The notes beneath the pieces are model-generated. The model was not told where the DNA came from. It saw nothing but the letters and a program-made list of their open reading frames with translations, and did no database searches. From assembly GCA_003971905.1 (NCBI GenBank), contig RSEE01000001.1:806001-870000 (forward strand): a stretch of 64,000 bases of DNA. The letters run 5' to 3'. Within the stretch, counting starts at the first letter, position 1; each line of letters opens with the position of its first letter. Made by a program: the position numbers and the translations under genes. Origin of the DNA: Moniliella sp. 'wahieum' (Eukaryota). Below, piece by piece: positions 25,394-39,199 of this stretch.

Positions 25394-26230
25394 ATGGTCG
25401 ACGAAACCAAACTGCAGGCGCTCAAGGTCACCGAGCTCAAGGCGTTGCTGCAGGAAGCCGGGCTGCCTGTGTCAGGCAACAAGGCCGACCTGGTAACGCG
25501 CCTGATTGAGCACGAGAAGAGCAAGGAGGCTGCTGCCCCTGCTGCGCCTGCCGCCACCGCTGCCGATCCCACCCCGGCTGCGGGGGAGGAGGAGGAGGAC
25601 CTGCTGGCCTTCGATGACGCAGCGGGATCTGCTCCTGCGCAAGAGCCCAAGGCCGAGAGCACTGCAGGAACCACGGCTGCCCCGACCGAGGTGCCTGCCT
25701 CTGCCCTGCCCCGGCGAAAGCCAACCAGCCCGAGCCGAACCCGCCGCGCCCGCTCCCACCCAGGAAGAGCTGAAGGCACAAGCGTTGGCCGAGCTGGAAA
25801 AGCGGCTGAAACGGCTGCAGAAATTCGGCTCGTCGCCCGAGCAAGTGGAGGAGGTCCAGAAACAAATTACGCGGATCACCAAGTTTGGCGTTTCAAACGA
25901 CCAATTGGTCCGCCTGGGACTCAAAGAGGCACCGGTCCCCGCCAAGTCGGCCCCGCGTCGTGGACGCGAACCGCGCTCGGACGAACCCAAGCGTGGCGGG
26001 CGCCCGAATCCGGCGCCGACCAAGACGGTCAAGCCAGAAACTGTATGTCTCCCCCCGTTACCCCCACCTATGATGACGCCTCCCTCTGACCTTCCTGGAT
26101 CTGCCTGGTATAGGAGGAAGAAAAGAAAGTTCGTCTGGAGCGACAGGCCGCGGAAGAGGCGGCGCGCAAGCGCCGTGCCGAACGGTTCGGTCCCGTGGAC
26201 GACTCGAGCAAAAAGCAAAAAGTCAACTAA
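25394..26230 (+). CDS. THO1: SAP-domain RNA-binding protein Tho1/SARNP
   Basis: SAP domain LKVTELKALLQEAGLPVSGNKADLVTRL and repeated R-x-x-R/K-FG motifs (RLQKFG, RITKFG, RAERFG); intron ~26043-26113. Confidence 0.85.
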
Positions 26231-26441
26231 GCGTCAGCTAACCTATCCTGCCCAAGGTAAAATCCCCCTTCCCACAATGGTCTCGTTCGTACTCCCATTT
26301 GATCCTGCCGTGTCATTCAGCTCAAGTAGGTTACGCTCATAATCATATTCTCCTGCCCTTGGATTGCCATGGCCGAAAAGCAACACTAGACATCGAAAGG
26401 TTTGCCGATCTAATCGTCAATCACCTGAAGAGAAGGCGCAA

Positions 26442-28904
26442 TCAGTTGTGAAAACGGCGCAAGAAAGCAAAAGGCGACTTTTTCGGTTTGACAGGTTTCG
26501 GAGCGGCCACGTTAAGGTCTTGCAAAGCAGGAGCCGGGGGGCTGCCCGCAGCGGGAGACCCAAGGCTCTGGGGCCGTGGATCGGTGGGGCGGGGAACAGG
26601 GGTAGCTAAGTCGGATCCGGGTTGGGGCGAAGGAGCCATCGACGTTGGCCGCTCCGCGGGCTTGGTGAACCGGGGCGTTTCGGCACGAGAGAGGATGGCC
26701 TCTGGCGTTGCGAAGTTAGGTTCGAACTGGCAATTGAGCGGAGCAAGGTGACCGCAGCCCACATGGGTACGGTAGGGGCAATCGTCACAGTCCAGAAAGG
26801 GACGCCTCCAGCCAATCATCGTCCACATACGGAACAGTGGGAAAGAGAGTTAGCTAGGACAATTGCAGGGGGCAGCATTGTCCCAAACATGCGCGGGTTA
26901 GCGGAGCGCCCTTTCGCGGCAGCCTGTGCGACCATGTGAAGGTCATCCTGCTCGCCTCTGCGGGGCTTGCCTGCACCATTGTTAACTAAAGTAAACCGAT
27001 GCGGATGAAGGTCGAGGTCGAGAACAGGTGGGAGGACTTTGTCACCGCTGGACCGTACCGTCAACTGCGTAGGGGTACGATCCCCATCGTCTTCTCGTTC
27101 CGTGTCTGTTGTCGGAGGGGAAGGGAATGATTGGAGGATGGTATCGTTCGTGGGTGTCGGCAACTCCTCAGGATCCTCCCCCTGTGAAGGGGGTGGTGGA
27201 GGTTGGTGGAGGGGAGGGGGGGGTATTTCCGCCGAACAATTGGTGTCATCATTATCTGGGGCAGCACCGAAAATATCGGCCAGTGAACGGTGAGAGCCTT
27301 GGGGGCGGCTGGCCGAGGTACTGGAACGGACGATGGGAGCAATGGAGTATTCCCCCCTCCCGCTTCCCGACGAGGAAGAAGCGTGGCCTTGGTCGGCGAT
27401 ACCGCTTATAGATGCTTGATGTCTTATAGTGATGAGGAGTTCTCTTGCGAGGCATGCTCCGATACATCATCCAATAGGGTGCGGCCAGGAGTGGTTGCTG
27501 GAGGAGCTGCCTGAGGCTGCCACTGGTCCGCTTGGTCTAGTGGGTTTCCAACGCCTGAGGACTTGTATGTCTTTCCCGTTTTCAGAAGGTCCGATAGAAG
27601 CATTCGATCGTCCATGCCTGGGGCAGACTCGGCTTGGGCCAAGGAAGAGGGATCCGCATACAGATCCGAGTCATCAGCGAGGTCCAGCAAGTTGGAAGGT
27701 AGGTCACGCTCATTGATAAATTCTTTGATGGTATGAATCAAGGCTTCATTGGAGGCGTCATTGATCTCATCCGTTTCACCCAATTCTGGTAACTCACTAG
27801 AAGGCTGGGATGACCAAGTATCGTCCGATGGAGTGGAATCTGCGTGTCCTCGTCCTACACCCACGGTAGTCTCGTCCGCCTCTAAGGTAGGGTTGTGGGA
27901 GATGGGCTGCATGCCGTCATCGAAGGTTGGCATTGCTCGGTACTTGCGCTGATGGTGTTTCTGTCGGTGCTCAAATACCATCTTCATGGTAGAAGGGCTA
28001 AGACTCCCAACGCTAAAGAACTGGGGCTCCGTATTTGTTTGTTTTTCAGGGTAGCGACCTCTTGCTGGGTGAGTTGGAACTCCATTTGTGCCAGTCGATC
28101 AACCACATGGGGCATATCTGGCCGCTCATGAGGAGAGGCACGGGTGCATGCCAGTGCAAGTTGGAGCAAATCAGGTGGGCAATCTGGGGAGGCCAATGCC
28201 TTTACTTGGTATGGCTCAATGCTCTTGAAATGGCCCGAGCGATGGAACTCGGTGGCCATGGTGCGACAGACGATTTCGCAGAGGATCACGCCAAAACTGA
28301 ACGTGTCGGCTGGATGGCTGTAATCTTCGCCAAGCAGCAGCTCAGGGGCCATGTACGCGGAGGTGCCGAGGAAGCTGATGCGGGCCATTTCGGATGCATT
28401 GCTTGCAGCTACACGAGCAAAACCAAAGTCACAGAGCTTGGCACGGTCGTTGGTGGTGATTAGGACGTTGTCGCGCCTTAATATCGCGGTGAAGGCAGTG
28501 ATGGGTGTGAATGTAGCACAGGGCGCGTGCCACGTCGGTGGCGAGGCTGAGACGCAGACGCCAGGGGAACGGCTGGGACACATCAGCGATCCGGCCGGCG
28601 AGGGTGCCGCCAGTGATGCGTTCAGTGACAATGTAGATGTGCGAAACGGGTGGCGGGCTGCGGGTGAGGCCCATGTACTGGACAATGTTAGGATGGCGGA
28701 GGTGGCGGAGCATCTCCAGCTCGCGCTCAAAGTACTTGTCCACATCGTAGTCACTGGTGGGGACGTCCTTGAGTGCCACGGGAGTGCCAAACAGTTCGCC
28801 GCCGAGCACACTGCCAAAGGAGCCGCGGCCCAGGCGCTGGAACTCGTGGTGACCAAAGGGCGCAGTGAATGGGCAAACGGGATGTAGTCAAACAGGCCTT
28901 CCAT
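26442..28904 (-). CDS. TKL-group (LISK, LIMK/TESK-like) protein kinase with long disordered C-terminus
   Basis: VALKDV...KYFERELEML...HPNIVQYMG, HRDIK, DNVLIT...KLCDFGFAR, GTSAYMAPELLLG, DTFSFGVILCEI. Confidence 0.85.
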
Positions 28905-29913
28905 GCTGGGGGCGTAAAGGGGTGGTGGTGGCGGGAAAATCGAGATAATCGAGAAGGGTATATCCTAGGCGCAGCAGGGGCTATTGCAGCGGAGGCAAAT
29001 ATATATACGACAGAGAAAAGCGCAGTGCCGAAGCCGAAAAGCTTATAGTAGCGCCGCTGTGCATCTTAGCCCCACATTAGCCGATGAAGACAGCGGGATA
29101 AATGTCCAACTCGACGTTACGTTTCGGTCGCCAGCGCGAGGCCTCAGTGTCCTCAGGCCTCGGTGTTATAGCCAGCCGGGAGGGAACTATGTCAGTACTT
29201 AGTTACTCAGTCCAGGCCACAGGGCCCATCGGACGGAGAGCAGCCCAGCGGCGCATTTTTATTACCTCTATCTGCTCTCGCACGCCTCTCACTATTCTTA
29301 TATGTATAGTATCGCGAAAGCCACAACACCCTTGCCGTCTCTTGCATCTAATACACCACAGGCGCAAGTCCCGCGTTGCTTTGAGCTTTTTGAACGTCAA
29401 CTCTCGACGTACGTTGACGCGTTGACCCTCCTGTTGACCCCCGCTTTGACACACCCTCTCCATAAAATTGTATCCTTGGCCGCAGGCCGTATCCTACATT
29501 TCTCGACGGGAGCTCCACGAGTCGGAATACAGTGACGTATTAGTTGCGAAAGGATCTCTTTCGCCCATCCGTCGATCAGACGCGCACTGAGTGTGGTGAA
29601 GTGGATGATGCAATGATCCTGCCCCCGCTGTATCTTCTCGCGTTCGCCCCTGGGTCTTCGGCAAGGACACCCCCAAACCTTATAATAACATTAGGATGAG
29701 AGAAGCCGAGTAGAATTTGCTTTTGGTATGTACACTATAGGCCGATCGATGATCACAATCGAATATTGGGAAGAATGAAACGAGACAGTGTCTTATTAGA
29801 ACGAACGATAGGAAAAGTGAACCAGAGGTGATGATGGTGTGTGGTATGCTGCACAGACTGAAAGGTGGACGTGCGGTATAAGTAGAGAGGGACAAGGAAC
29901 GAACGATATTAGG

Positions 29914-31100
29914 CTAGTTGAAAGGTTCAGTGTCGGTCCTTGGAGGAGATGACTCTCGCCCGGCGCGTTTAATGGCTGCATCGCGAAGGAACCAAGAAAT
30001 CTGTTCGTACACCACAAACGTGACGCATGTCGAGGGCAAAACTCGGATGAAGGTGGCGGTGAGGCCCTTGTAGAAGGCGCGAACGCCGCCCTCGCGAGTA
30101 AAGGTGGTACGGACGGTGTCCAGCGCACTGGGGAATTGCTGACCGGCAGAATATTTTTGCACCGGCTGCGGACGACTTGGTAAGGATATGTAGCGAGGAT
30201 GGCCAACATTTTGCTGGAACCCGATGCGATGGTGTACTCGGTATTGCTTAGCTTGACCCCGCCTCGGACATGCGCTCCACGTTCCCGCCTTGCCGACGAA
30301 TGTGAACGGCGCTACGCCAGCGCTTGAGCGACTCGTATACGGTAAACTGAATTGCCCCATTGCTCACACCCCAAGCTCAGTCCAGCACCACGATACCATC
30401 CCCGAATACCTTCGGTATGGTAGATCGACCGCAGGCCGTCAGCCAATCCCTTGTAGACCGGTAGAACAGAGGATACCTGGGAACCTTTCCCTGGCGGTGC
30501 GTTGGAGAACATGCGTACTTTGACCACCCAGATTGGGTTTGTGAGCCAGGCGCTGAGACAGCCACTGACACTCGCTGCGAGAAGATGTTGGCTGGGGGAG
30601 AGTTTCACGTTCTCATCGCCACGAGCAATGAGGTCCTTCATTTGGGTATACCTGTATACAGTTAACCGAGTTAGTTAGCGCAAAAGACAAGGTTGGATTC
30701 ATAAAAAGGTAATTGACCTACCACAAAAAGTAGAGCCCCCAGCTGACAGAGTTGCCGACGATGTTGGTGCACACGCCGCGGTACAGGCCCAATACACCCT
30801 GGTCACGGACGATGGTGCGGAGTGAGTGGGCCATGTCGCGACCAATTCGTCCTCCCGTAGCGACATGAACCGCAGCCTGACGTATCCGCGTGCCAAGGGG
30901 AAGGGGCTGAGCAGTTGACGGTGTCCAACGAAAGAGCGGGCGGACAGGGGACGTGTCGACCTGGAATTTGACCTTATCAAGTCCAGTGGATTCATGCACA
31001 TGGTCGCCACAGCCCCGGCGCCAATGCCGGCAATGGCCTGGTCGTAGGCGTGGTCACCAAAGAAAGCGGGTGCAGTCTTTTCCTTCGGCCCCGAACCCAT
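29914..31100 (-). CDS. FLX1: Mitochondrial FAD/folate carrier (Flx1 / SLC25A32 family)
   Basis: Three carrier repeats: MNPLDL.KV, GNSVSWGLYFLW, LTNPIWVVKVRM, TYPYQVVRSR, RVLPSTCVTFVVYE; intron ~30652-30718. Confidence 0.85.
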
Positions 31101-31339
31101 TCTGAAGCCGGGGGGGGCGATGGCAGGAAAGCGCCGCCTCGGAGTCAGAAGTCACATCTCAGACGCTGCGACAACTCCGACTCGCTCCAAATTTAATGTA
31201 AGGCCGGGTCCATTCCGCCCGGCATTCCGCCTGTACCATTCCGCCCTCAGGCCTTTCTGTTCCAGCAAATTTGTGCTGGTCGCCGACATGTGCGAGTGGG
31301 CACTGACTGGTGCTGTTGAACTCGACCACCACCACCATC

Positions 31340-34300
31340 ATGTCCAAGGTCACCATCCTCAAGCGTCCCCTCCCTCCGACGACGCTCCAGGAGTGACCCT
31401 CCAGCGCTACCAGCGCAAGACAGCTCGTGGGAAGGTCTTGCGGGTCGTGCGCGAGCGCTACTTGCGTGACGATGTCGGCTGTGGTTCCCCCACTGTGCCA
31501 CTTGTACCCCCTTTCACAAGGCCCTGCGCAAGACGGTGGCCACAAGTGAGGGACGAGCCCTGACGCTACTATCTGGCACTCCATTGAGTACCAACAAGCA
31601 TCTAGCTGACGGCCAAGGCAACTACTACTTACTCATCGACACCAACATTGTCCTTCACCAAATGGACCTGCTGAGGCCATGCTACCCGCCGATGACAAAC
31701 ACCCGGCCAGACCCGCCTTCACCAACGTTATCGTCCTCCAAACTGTTTTGGACGAGGTAAGGCATCGAAGTATGCCCCTGTTCAACCGTCTGCAAGCCCT
31801 CATCCAGGAGCCCGAGCGGAACTTCTGGGTATACTGGAACCAATTCAGCGCGTACGTGCACCCCCCTTCTTATTATTTTGTTGTTACTGATACGCCCTTG
31901 ATTTGCCTAGTGCTACTGCAACCCAATCGATGACTAACGAGTCCCCCAACGACGCCAACGACCGTGCGATCCGCGTTGCAACCAAGTGGTACTCAAGCCA
32001 CCTCATGGCCATCTTCCCCCCTGCTCGGGTGGTGATGCTTTCGGATGATGGAGACAGTGTACGCAAAGCCAAGGCAGAGGGAATCCAGGCACTCAGGGTG
32101 AAGGACTACATATCGGGCTTGCCCGAAAATGTATCACAGAGGTTGACCGACCTGTTGTCGGCCCGTAATGTGGAAGAGTCGACGACGCTCCAGAAGCACA
32201 CCGTCTACTACCCTGATTATCTCGAAGCCAACGAGCTGGATGCCGGCGTCAAGTCGGGTGCGCTGTATACGGGATTCTTCAATGCTTCGACCTACAACTA
32301 CCTTGAAGCATCAGTCAATGTTCGGGATGGACCAGCCCATCCTGCTGCTCGGGCGGGAGGCAATGAACCGTGCGGTAGATGGCGACTTTGTTGCGGTTGA
32401 GCTTCTCCCTCGGAGCGAATGGCGAGCCGGGGCGGATGCGGTGTTGGATATGGACCAAGCGCTGAAGAACGACGATGCTGGTGGTGATGGGGAAGATGCG
32501 GAGGAGGGAGCGGAGGAGGCTGATGCGGAAGATATGGCTGCGGCGAAGAAGAGCAGGACGCCGAGCAGACGCGCCAGAAGGATCCGCGGAAGTCAAGCCC
32601 ACGGGCAAAGTGGTTGGCATTGTCAAGCGCAACTGGCGCTCCTATGTGGCCCATGTGGTCAACTCTTCTGTTTCGGCAAGTGCCATGTCCAGTCTGGGTC
32701 CGACTACACTCTTTGCCAGCCCTGTCGACCGCAAGATTCCTAGGGTGCGCATCCGCACCCGGCAGGCCAAGGAACTTTTGGGACAGAAGATTCTCATCAC
32801 CATTGACGACTGGCCTGTCACATCGCGCTACCCCGATGGACACTTTGTCCGAGCACTCGGTCGTGCGGAAAGCAAGGAAGCAGAGCAAGAGAGCTTGCTG
32901 CTGGAGCACGATGTGCCCTACCGCCCCTTTAGCAAAGCCATTTGGATTGTCTTCCTCCGGAAGGCGATAAGTGGGTTGTTCCAGCGAAGGACGCTGGTGG
33001 CCCGCGTTGGCGCGATCGGGTTGATGCGTGATGAGAACATTTGCTCGATTGATCCACCTGGGTGCCAAGACATTGACGATGCTCTGCACGCCAAGCGTCT
33101 CCCCAATGGCAACATTGAGGCCGGAGTGCACATTGCCGATGTCTCCTACTTTGTTCGACCTGGCACTCCCATGGACAAGGAGGCTGCGTCGCGCAGTACG
33201 ACGGTTTACTTGGTCGACAAGCGTATTGACATGCTTCCCTCTCTGTTGGGCACCAACCTTTGCTCCCTGCGCCCTCACGTGGAACGTCTCGCGTTTTCGT
33301 GTGTGTGGGAGATGACGGAAGAAGGGGAGATTGTGAATGTCCGCTTCCACAAGAGCGTGATTGCGTCCAAGGAAGCATTTACCTACGAGGATGCCCAGAG
33401 CGCAAGGATGCCAGCAAGACAGACGCCATCACCGAGTCAATTCGGCTGCTCAACCATTTGGCTATCAAACTCAAACAGAAACGTATCGAAGCCGGTGCAC
33501 TCAACCTGGCGTCGCCCGAGGTCAAGATCCACCTCGATAGCGCTGAGATGACTGGCCCGATTGACGTGGAGCGCAAGGAACTTTTGAGACCAACTCGTTG
33601 GTGGAGGAGTTTATGCTTTGGCCAACATCAGTGTTGCGCGGCGCGTGCAACAAGCCTATCCTCAAACTGCTGTGCTTCGGCGACACGGTGCCCCCCTTCG
33701 TCCAACTTTGAGATGCTGGCCAAAATCTTGAAGGTGAAGAAAGGATTTGAACTAGATGTGTCGTCGTCGCGCGCGTTGGCAGACTCGTTGGATAAGTGCA
33801 TCGACCCTTCGCTCCCTGAGTTTAACACCCTGGTCCGTATCATGGCTACGCGCTGTATGCTGTCAGCCGAGTATTTCTGCTCTGGCACTGTGGCAGCTGA
33901 TCAGTTGGCCACGGTCTGGCTACCGATATGTACACCCACTTTACGTCTCCCATTCGCGGTATCCCGACGTGCTGGCGCACCGTCAGCTGGCTTCGGCGAT
34001 TGGGTATGAGCAAGCCGACCCGCACTTGGCGTCTAAGCATGGAGTGGAGGTGATGTTGGCCAACTCGAACCGGCGGCACCGTGCGGCGCAGATGGCTGGG
34101 CGGGCGAGTGTGGAGTTTTATGTGGGACTGGCGATTGGACGGAAGAACGAATTGTTGGTGGCGGCGATGGAGTCCAAGGGTATCAAGAGCCAAGATGGGA
34201 CGACGGTGGCACTGCAGAGCAAGGCGTTCGTCATTCGTGCCTTCCGGAACGGTGTGGCGGTGTATGTGTCCGAATATGGCTTAGAGGGGTTGATCACCTT

Positions 34301-34478
34301 CGACCGCGACTGTGAGTTTGACCCAGAGAAGTTTACGGTTACCATCCCTCGCTCGCATTCGGGCTTGTCGAAGGATGTGACGCTCGCCGTGTTCGACTCG
34401 TGCTCGGTGCGTTTGGGTGTGGAGCGCGACCGCAACACCCACCGTGGTAAGGTCAAGATGGCCCTGGTCGACGAGTAG
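31340..34478 (+). CDS. DIS3: Exosome catalytic subunit Dis3/Rrp44
   Basis: KVLRVVRERYLRDD, PIN motifs IDTNIVLHQMDLL and ESPNDANDRAIR, RNB motif SIDPPGCQDIDDAL, HIADVS, YTHFTSPIR, RASVEFYVG. Confidence 0.97.
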
Positions 34479-34868
34479 ATGAGGCGGGGCGTAATGGATA
34501 AAGGCAATTTGCCCATGTACGGCGCCGGCACAGATCTTAGTATCCAGCAGTAGTTGCTATATATCAGACCCTCGCTATGATCCCATTGGGCAGCGGGGAA
34601 GGGTGTGGACTGGAAAGTGCGGAGAGGCGGTTCTACAAAACAACACGAATGGAATGCCGTGGACAGGACGGGTGTATACAATAACTGAATGTAGCTGGAA
34701 CGCTCCTCGGCTCCGCCAGGGAACCGGGTGGTATGGGGGAGCACCGAACCAGAGCCGACAAAACGACACGAAGCGTCAAGCGAAGGAATCGAGTTTGGCC
34801 ATCGGGGCCCAGATAGATCGTGGTGGTTCCCCGGTGGGATGAAGGCTGGATACCAAAACGAGTGGTTT

Positions 34869-37800
34869 CTACTCCTCACTCATGGAGGAGAGGGTGGGTG
34901 CATGCGGGACAGAAGAAGCCGAGGGCGGGGTGATCCGAGGCACGGAAGCTGACGCGGCGCGAGCCAGTTCCCTGCTCAGGTGTTGGTTGAGGCTCAAGGT
35001 GTGTTCCAATTCGTCGCGACTCTGAACCAGGTCGCGTTCCAACCCAGTCACTTGGCCTTGGAGCGCATTAACCTTCTCTCCGTCGCACCCGTCGTTTCGG
35101 TCTGAATGCGGGCGCGGTCGTGGACCTCTTTTTGTTGTGCATCATAGAAGCCATCCGACGATCCAGCTCGCGGTTCACCTCCGTCACCTCCTTGTACGCC
35201 GAGGACAGATTGGCCAGACGGGCGTGTACAGCTAACATGTCGGCGTCGGCTGGCGAAGCAGGCGTGCCAGAAGTGGAGAGTGTGCGGCGCTGGGCCAACT
35301 GCTCTGCCAAAGCCACGCTCTCTTGCTGAGTCCGGCTCACTTCCTCCCGCAATTGTCGCACCTCAGTTTCAGCGCTATGGACATAGTCCATCGCCGTTGC
35401 ATAGTCCTCCTCGAGCTGGTCCATACGATCTTGGTAGTCCTTGGACGTTTGTTCCGCTTGGCGCTCGCTCTCGTCCCTCGGGCTACAGCCTCTTCCCAAG
35501 CCGCCCGGTTCACCCCCTGGGCCAGAGATCGTTTCAGCGAAGCGATCTGAGCGTGTGCATCGGCCAACTGCGTTTGGCACTCTGTGGTAGCACGGGAGCT
35601 CTGTTCGAGACGCTGCTGCAACAGGGCAAGTTGCGCTGCTGCCCCCATCTGATCCACCTGCTCATCGGGCGGTAAGGGGATGCCCTGCTGTGCAAGGTGT
35701 TCCCGCAACAGATGGAGCTTGAGATGCGTCTGCTCCGCATCGCGGCGCGCGTCGCGTACATCCACTTGACTCTGAACCAACATCTCCTTCATCCGTGCCA
35801 CCTCCTGAACCGCAATGGCCAATTGGGCGCGAGCCACACTCAATTCCGACTGGATCCCAGACCGTTGCTTCTCCAGCTTGACATTCACTCTCGCACCAAG
35901 GTCAGCTCGTTCGTCGCTTCGTCCACTGCTGTACGCGCTACAGCATGCATGTCTTGCAACGATGTCACTTGGCCCTCGAGCGCCCGAAGTTGGTCGTCCA
36001 CCTCGGGCGGCACTTGTGTATCAACCGCCCGCTGAGCAGCCACATCGCGCGTCTGCAAGACTTGGGCCAAGCTCGTGGCACTGGCCAAACGATGCGCCGA
36101 GGCCTCGGCCTCAGCAGCAGCCAAAAGACGCTGCAAATCATCCACCTTTTCGCTGAGTGTGAGCGTCTCTTGGATCTTTTGATCCAGTTGGGACTGGAGC
36201 GTCGCCACCACTTCTTGGTTTGTTTGGGCCAAATCTCGGTGCTGGATGTAGAGACGGTAATGCTCTTCGGATCGAGCCGTGGTGGAGGTCAATGCGGCTT
36301 GAAGATGAAGCAGGCTCTCCCGTTGTGTGGATGAAGGGCATTCGCATCTTCGTTGGCCGATCGGACGCGCCCATGCTCGGCTCGCTCGCGGTCAAGGAGC
36401 GAAGTGGCGCTTACAGCGCGCTCGGTCTGCTCCCGTAACACACTTTCGGCAGTGTAGGCACGTTTTTGAAGTGAAGACAAATCTTCATACACCCATCTGG
36501 GCCGCCTCGGCCGCTACTACGCGTTTGCTTGTCTCTGCTAGCCGTTCTCGGCAGAGAGACGCAACTGAGTTTCCAACTGGTACTGCTCTTGCGTCAAGGC
36601 AAGTTGCCGCTCCATTTCGGCCTTGTCGCGCAACGCACTCGACAGCCGGGCCTCCATCCCTGCAGTCCGCTCCTGGTCCAGCTTGGACAGTTCGGACGCG
36701 TTTGCTGTCTCGTAGGCGGACAATTTGGCGCGATACCACGCTGCCTCAGCTAAGATCGCTCGGTGGGACTTCTCCGTCTCGGCTCGGAGCTCCATCTCGC
36801 GCGTGGCTTGTTCAGATATCGTGGTCTAGAGCAGGGAAGATCAGTACCTAGGAACAACAAGGAAACCGATACATACTTGAGCTTGCGCCAGCTGAGCCTT
36901 AAGTGTCAGAGGGCCTGGACGATTCGCGCCTTGTCTGAGTCGTCCGCGCCGACATTCAATTGGGCCAGTTCACGACTCGTCTCATCATCCGGCGCGTCGG
37001 TCAAGATGTCCGAGGAGATAAAGCCACGCTTCATGGCGTGGCCAATGCGTTTTGAGCCAAATCTCCCGCTTGCGGTACGCCTCCAGATCCGGATGGGGGA
37101 CAATGGGTGAGCTCTGGGTGGGCGTATCCCCGTCTCCGCGCGTCCGGGGACCAGGCTCCACCGGTCCAAGTCCTTGTGCTGGGACACAGATCCATTGGTC
37201 TGATACGACTCCACTGGCGACCCAGCCGCCCTATTGGTGGAATCCGAAGAAGGAATTCCACTCTTCAAAGGGGCGTGTGTAGGGAAAGATCGTACAGTAG
37301 CTGGGGCAGATGACATTGCAGTGCTCCGGGAGGTGTCAGCCACGGCACTGGCATTTACTGTGCCCATGGAGCCCGACCCTGGTATGGAAGTGGGGTGGGA
37401 TTGAGCTGACGAGCTTGGGGTGACAACCCTCTCCATTCGATGGCCATTTAATGCAGCCGGGGCGGAGCCGGGCAGGCTTCCAGTGGGAGGCGACACGCGA
37501 ATCATGTCGAGAGGGCTTTCGGTATGTGGGGGGTACGGTGTCCCGGACGAACTGACCAAACGCGAGGTGGAATGTGGTGGGGTGGGGGCTCGGAGGTGGG
37601 GCTGGTGGCCCTTTGAGAGGCCGTAGGTATCATCGCAGGTGTCCCGCTGGCCTCCCATTCATTGTGGCTGGGTTAGGAGGCTCAATGGGCTTCGAATCAG
37701 CTGGGTACTTAATCTTGCCCGTGTTCAAAACCGAAATAAAGGCGGGATCATTGGCTTGGCCGAAGCGTAGGCCTCCCGCCAAGAACGAGCACCTTGTCTT

Positions 37801-39199
37801 GGTATGTGGCTAGAGAGTGGCCCGAACGAGGGGAAGGCGCGGGTCCCATGTTAGAAAACATGTACCACCGGTTCGTAGAGATCTTGAAGCTGGCTAGGTC
37901 GCCCAGCTCTTTACCGTCGACGCCACGTCCGCCAAAGACGTACATAACGTCATCTACCAAGCAAGAAGCATGTCCCTCCCGCGGGAGCGGGATGTAGCCA
38001 ATGCAAGATACTTCAGTCCAAGTGTTGCTCGACACATCGTATGCCCACGTGTCCTTGTAGTGGTACTGAGAATCTGTGCCGCCGAAGATATAGATCTTGT
38101 TCTGGTATGTGACACTGGTGTGACCTGTTCGGGCAGCCGGCACAGTCGAGTTGGGCACAATGCGTTCCCACCGGGCACCCGTCTTGATAGAGTTGAGATC
38201 AAAGCTCCACAGTCATTGAACAGCTGCCAGTCTGATTGGCCACCAAATATGTAGACCTTGTTGCCTACCACTGAGATCGTATGTCGGTATCGCCCGGAGG
38301 GCAAGCATCGGGGCCAGACTCGGCACAGCTGATTCGTGTCCACTCGCGAGTGGAGAGATTGAGCAAGTACAATGCCTGATCTTGCTCATCATTTGCACTC
38401 GCCTTGGAATCTCCGCCCCAGAGGATGAGCACGTTGGAGACCAGCACAGTCGCGTGACCCATGCGGGCAGAGGGAGCAGGGCCAGCACACTGCATCAGGG
38501 TAGCCGACACGCGCCCGAGGTCGGATTTGTCGGGGAACCCAGCGGAGCCAGTGGGGGGCGGGGATAATTGAGCTGTTCGACATTGATGCTGTACAAATCG
38601 TTCTTAACGACCCCATCGGCAATGCCGCCAAACAGCAGTAGCTCTCCGGTGTGGGATGCTGTCTGGTTGACTGCCGATCCATAGCGAGGAACGGGTTGGG
38701 GCTGGAGACGTGCTCTTCTGTGTTGGGTCGAAGAAGGAGCCGGCTGAAGGAGAGGCGTCTGTGAGTCCAAGGATAGTTGGGCTGCTGCTGAGAAGGCCGA
38801 GGGTGGTGGTGCGGAAGCTTCTGTGGAAGCTGGTGTGGATGTGGATGGGGATGGGGGGCAGCGCCGTAGCCGTGTTGAAGAGGAGGCTGGCCTGGAGGCA
38901 TCGAGAGGGTTGGCCGGGAGCGGGGGCGATTGAGCCATGGCCATGGCCATGGCGTGGGCTTGCGCGTGGGCTGGGCTGCGCTTGGGCGTGGGCCTGCGCT
39001 TGGCTTGCGCTTGAAGGGCATGCCGCGGCCCTCGTCGGCACCAGCGGGGAGGCGTGGCGAGGGCCAAGGGTGGATGCGGCGGGCGGACGGCGGGGCCCGA
39101 GGGGGGCGGCGTGGGCTGGGCGAGGCGGTCGCGCTCCTTGTCTTTGTCCTTGTCCTTGTCCTTGTCCTTGTCCTTGTTGCGCTTGCCAAAGATGGCCAT
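34869..39199 (-). CDS. Kelch-repeat / coiled-coil cell-polarity protein (Kel1/Tea1 family)
   Basis: Kelch blades (LLFGG, RMGHATVLVSNVLILWGG, YIFGGTD, REGHASCLVDDVMYVFGGRG, RSGHSLA) followed by long coiled coil (EAAWYRAKLSAYE...). ATG at 39199 followed by a DK repeat. Confidence 0.9.
39137..39178 (-). repeat. (TTGTCC)n microsatellite encoding a KD dipeptide repeat in the kelch protein
   Basis: Tandem hexamer visible; translates as NKDKDKDKDKDKDKE. Confidence 0.85.
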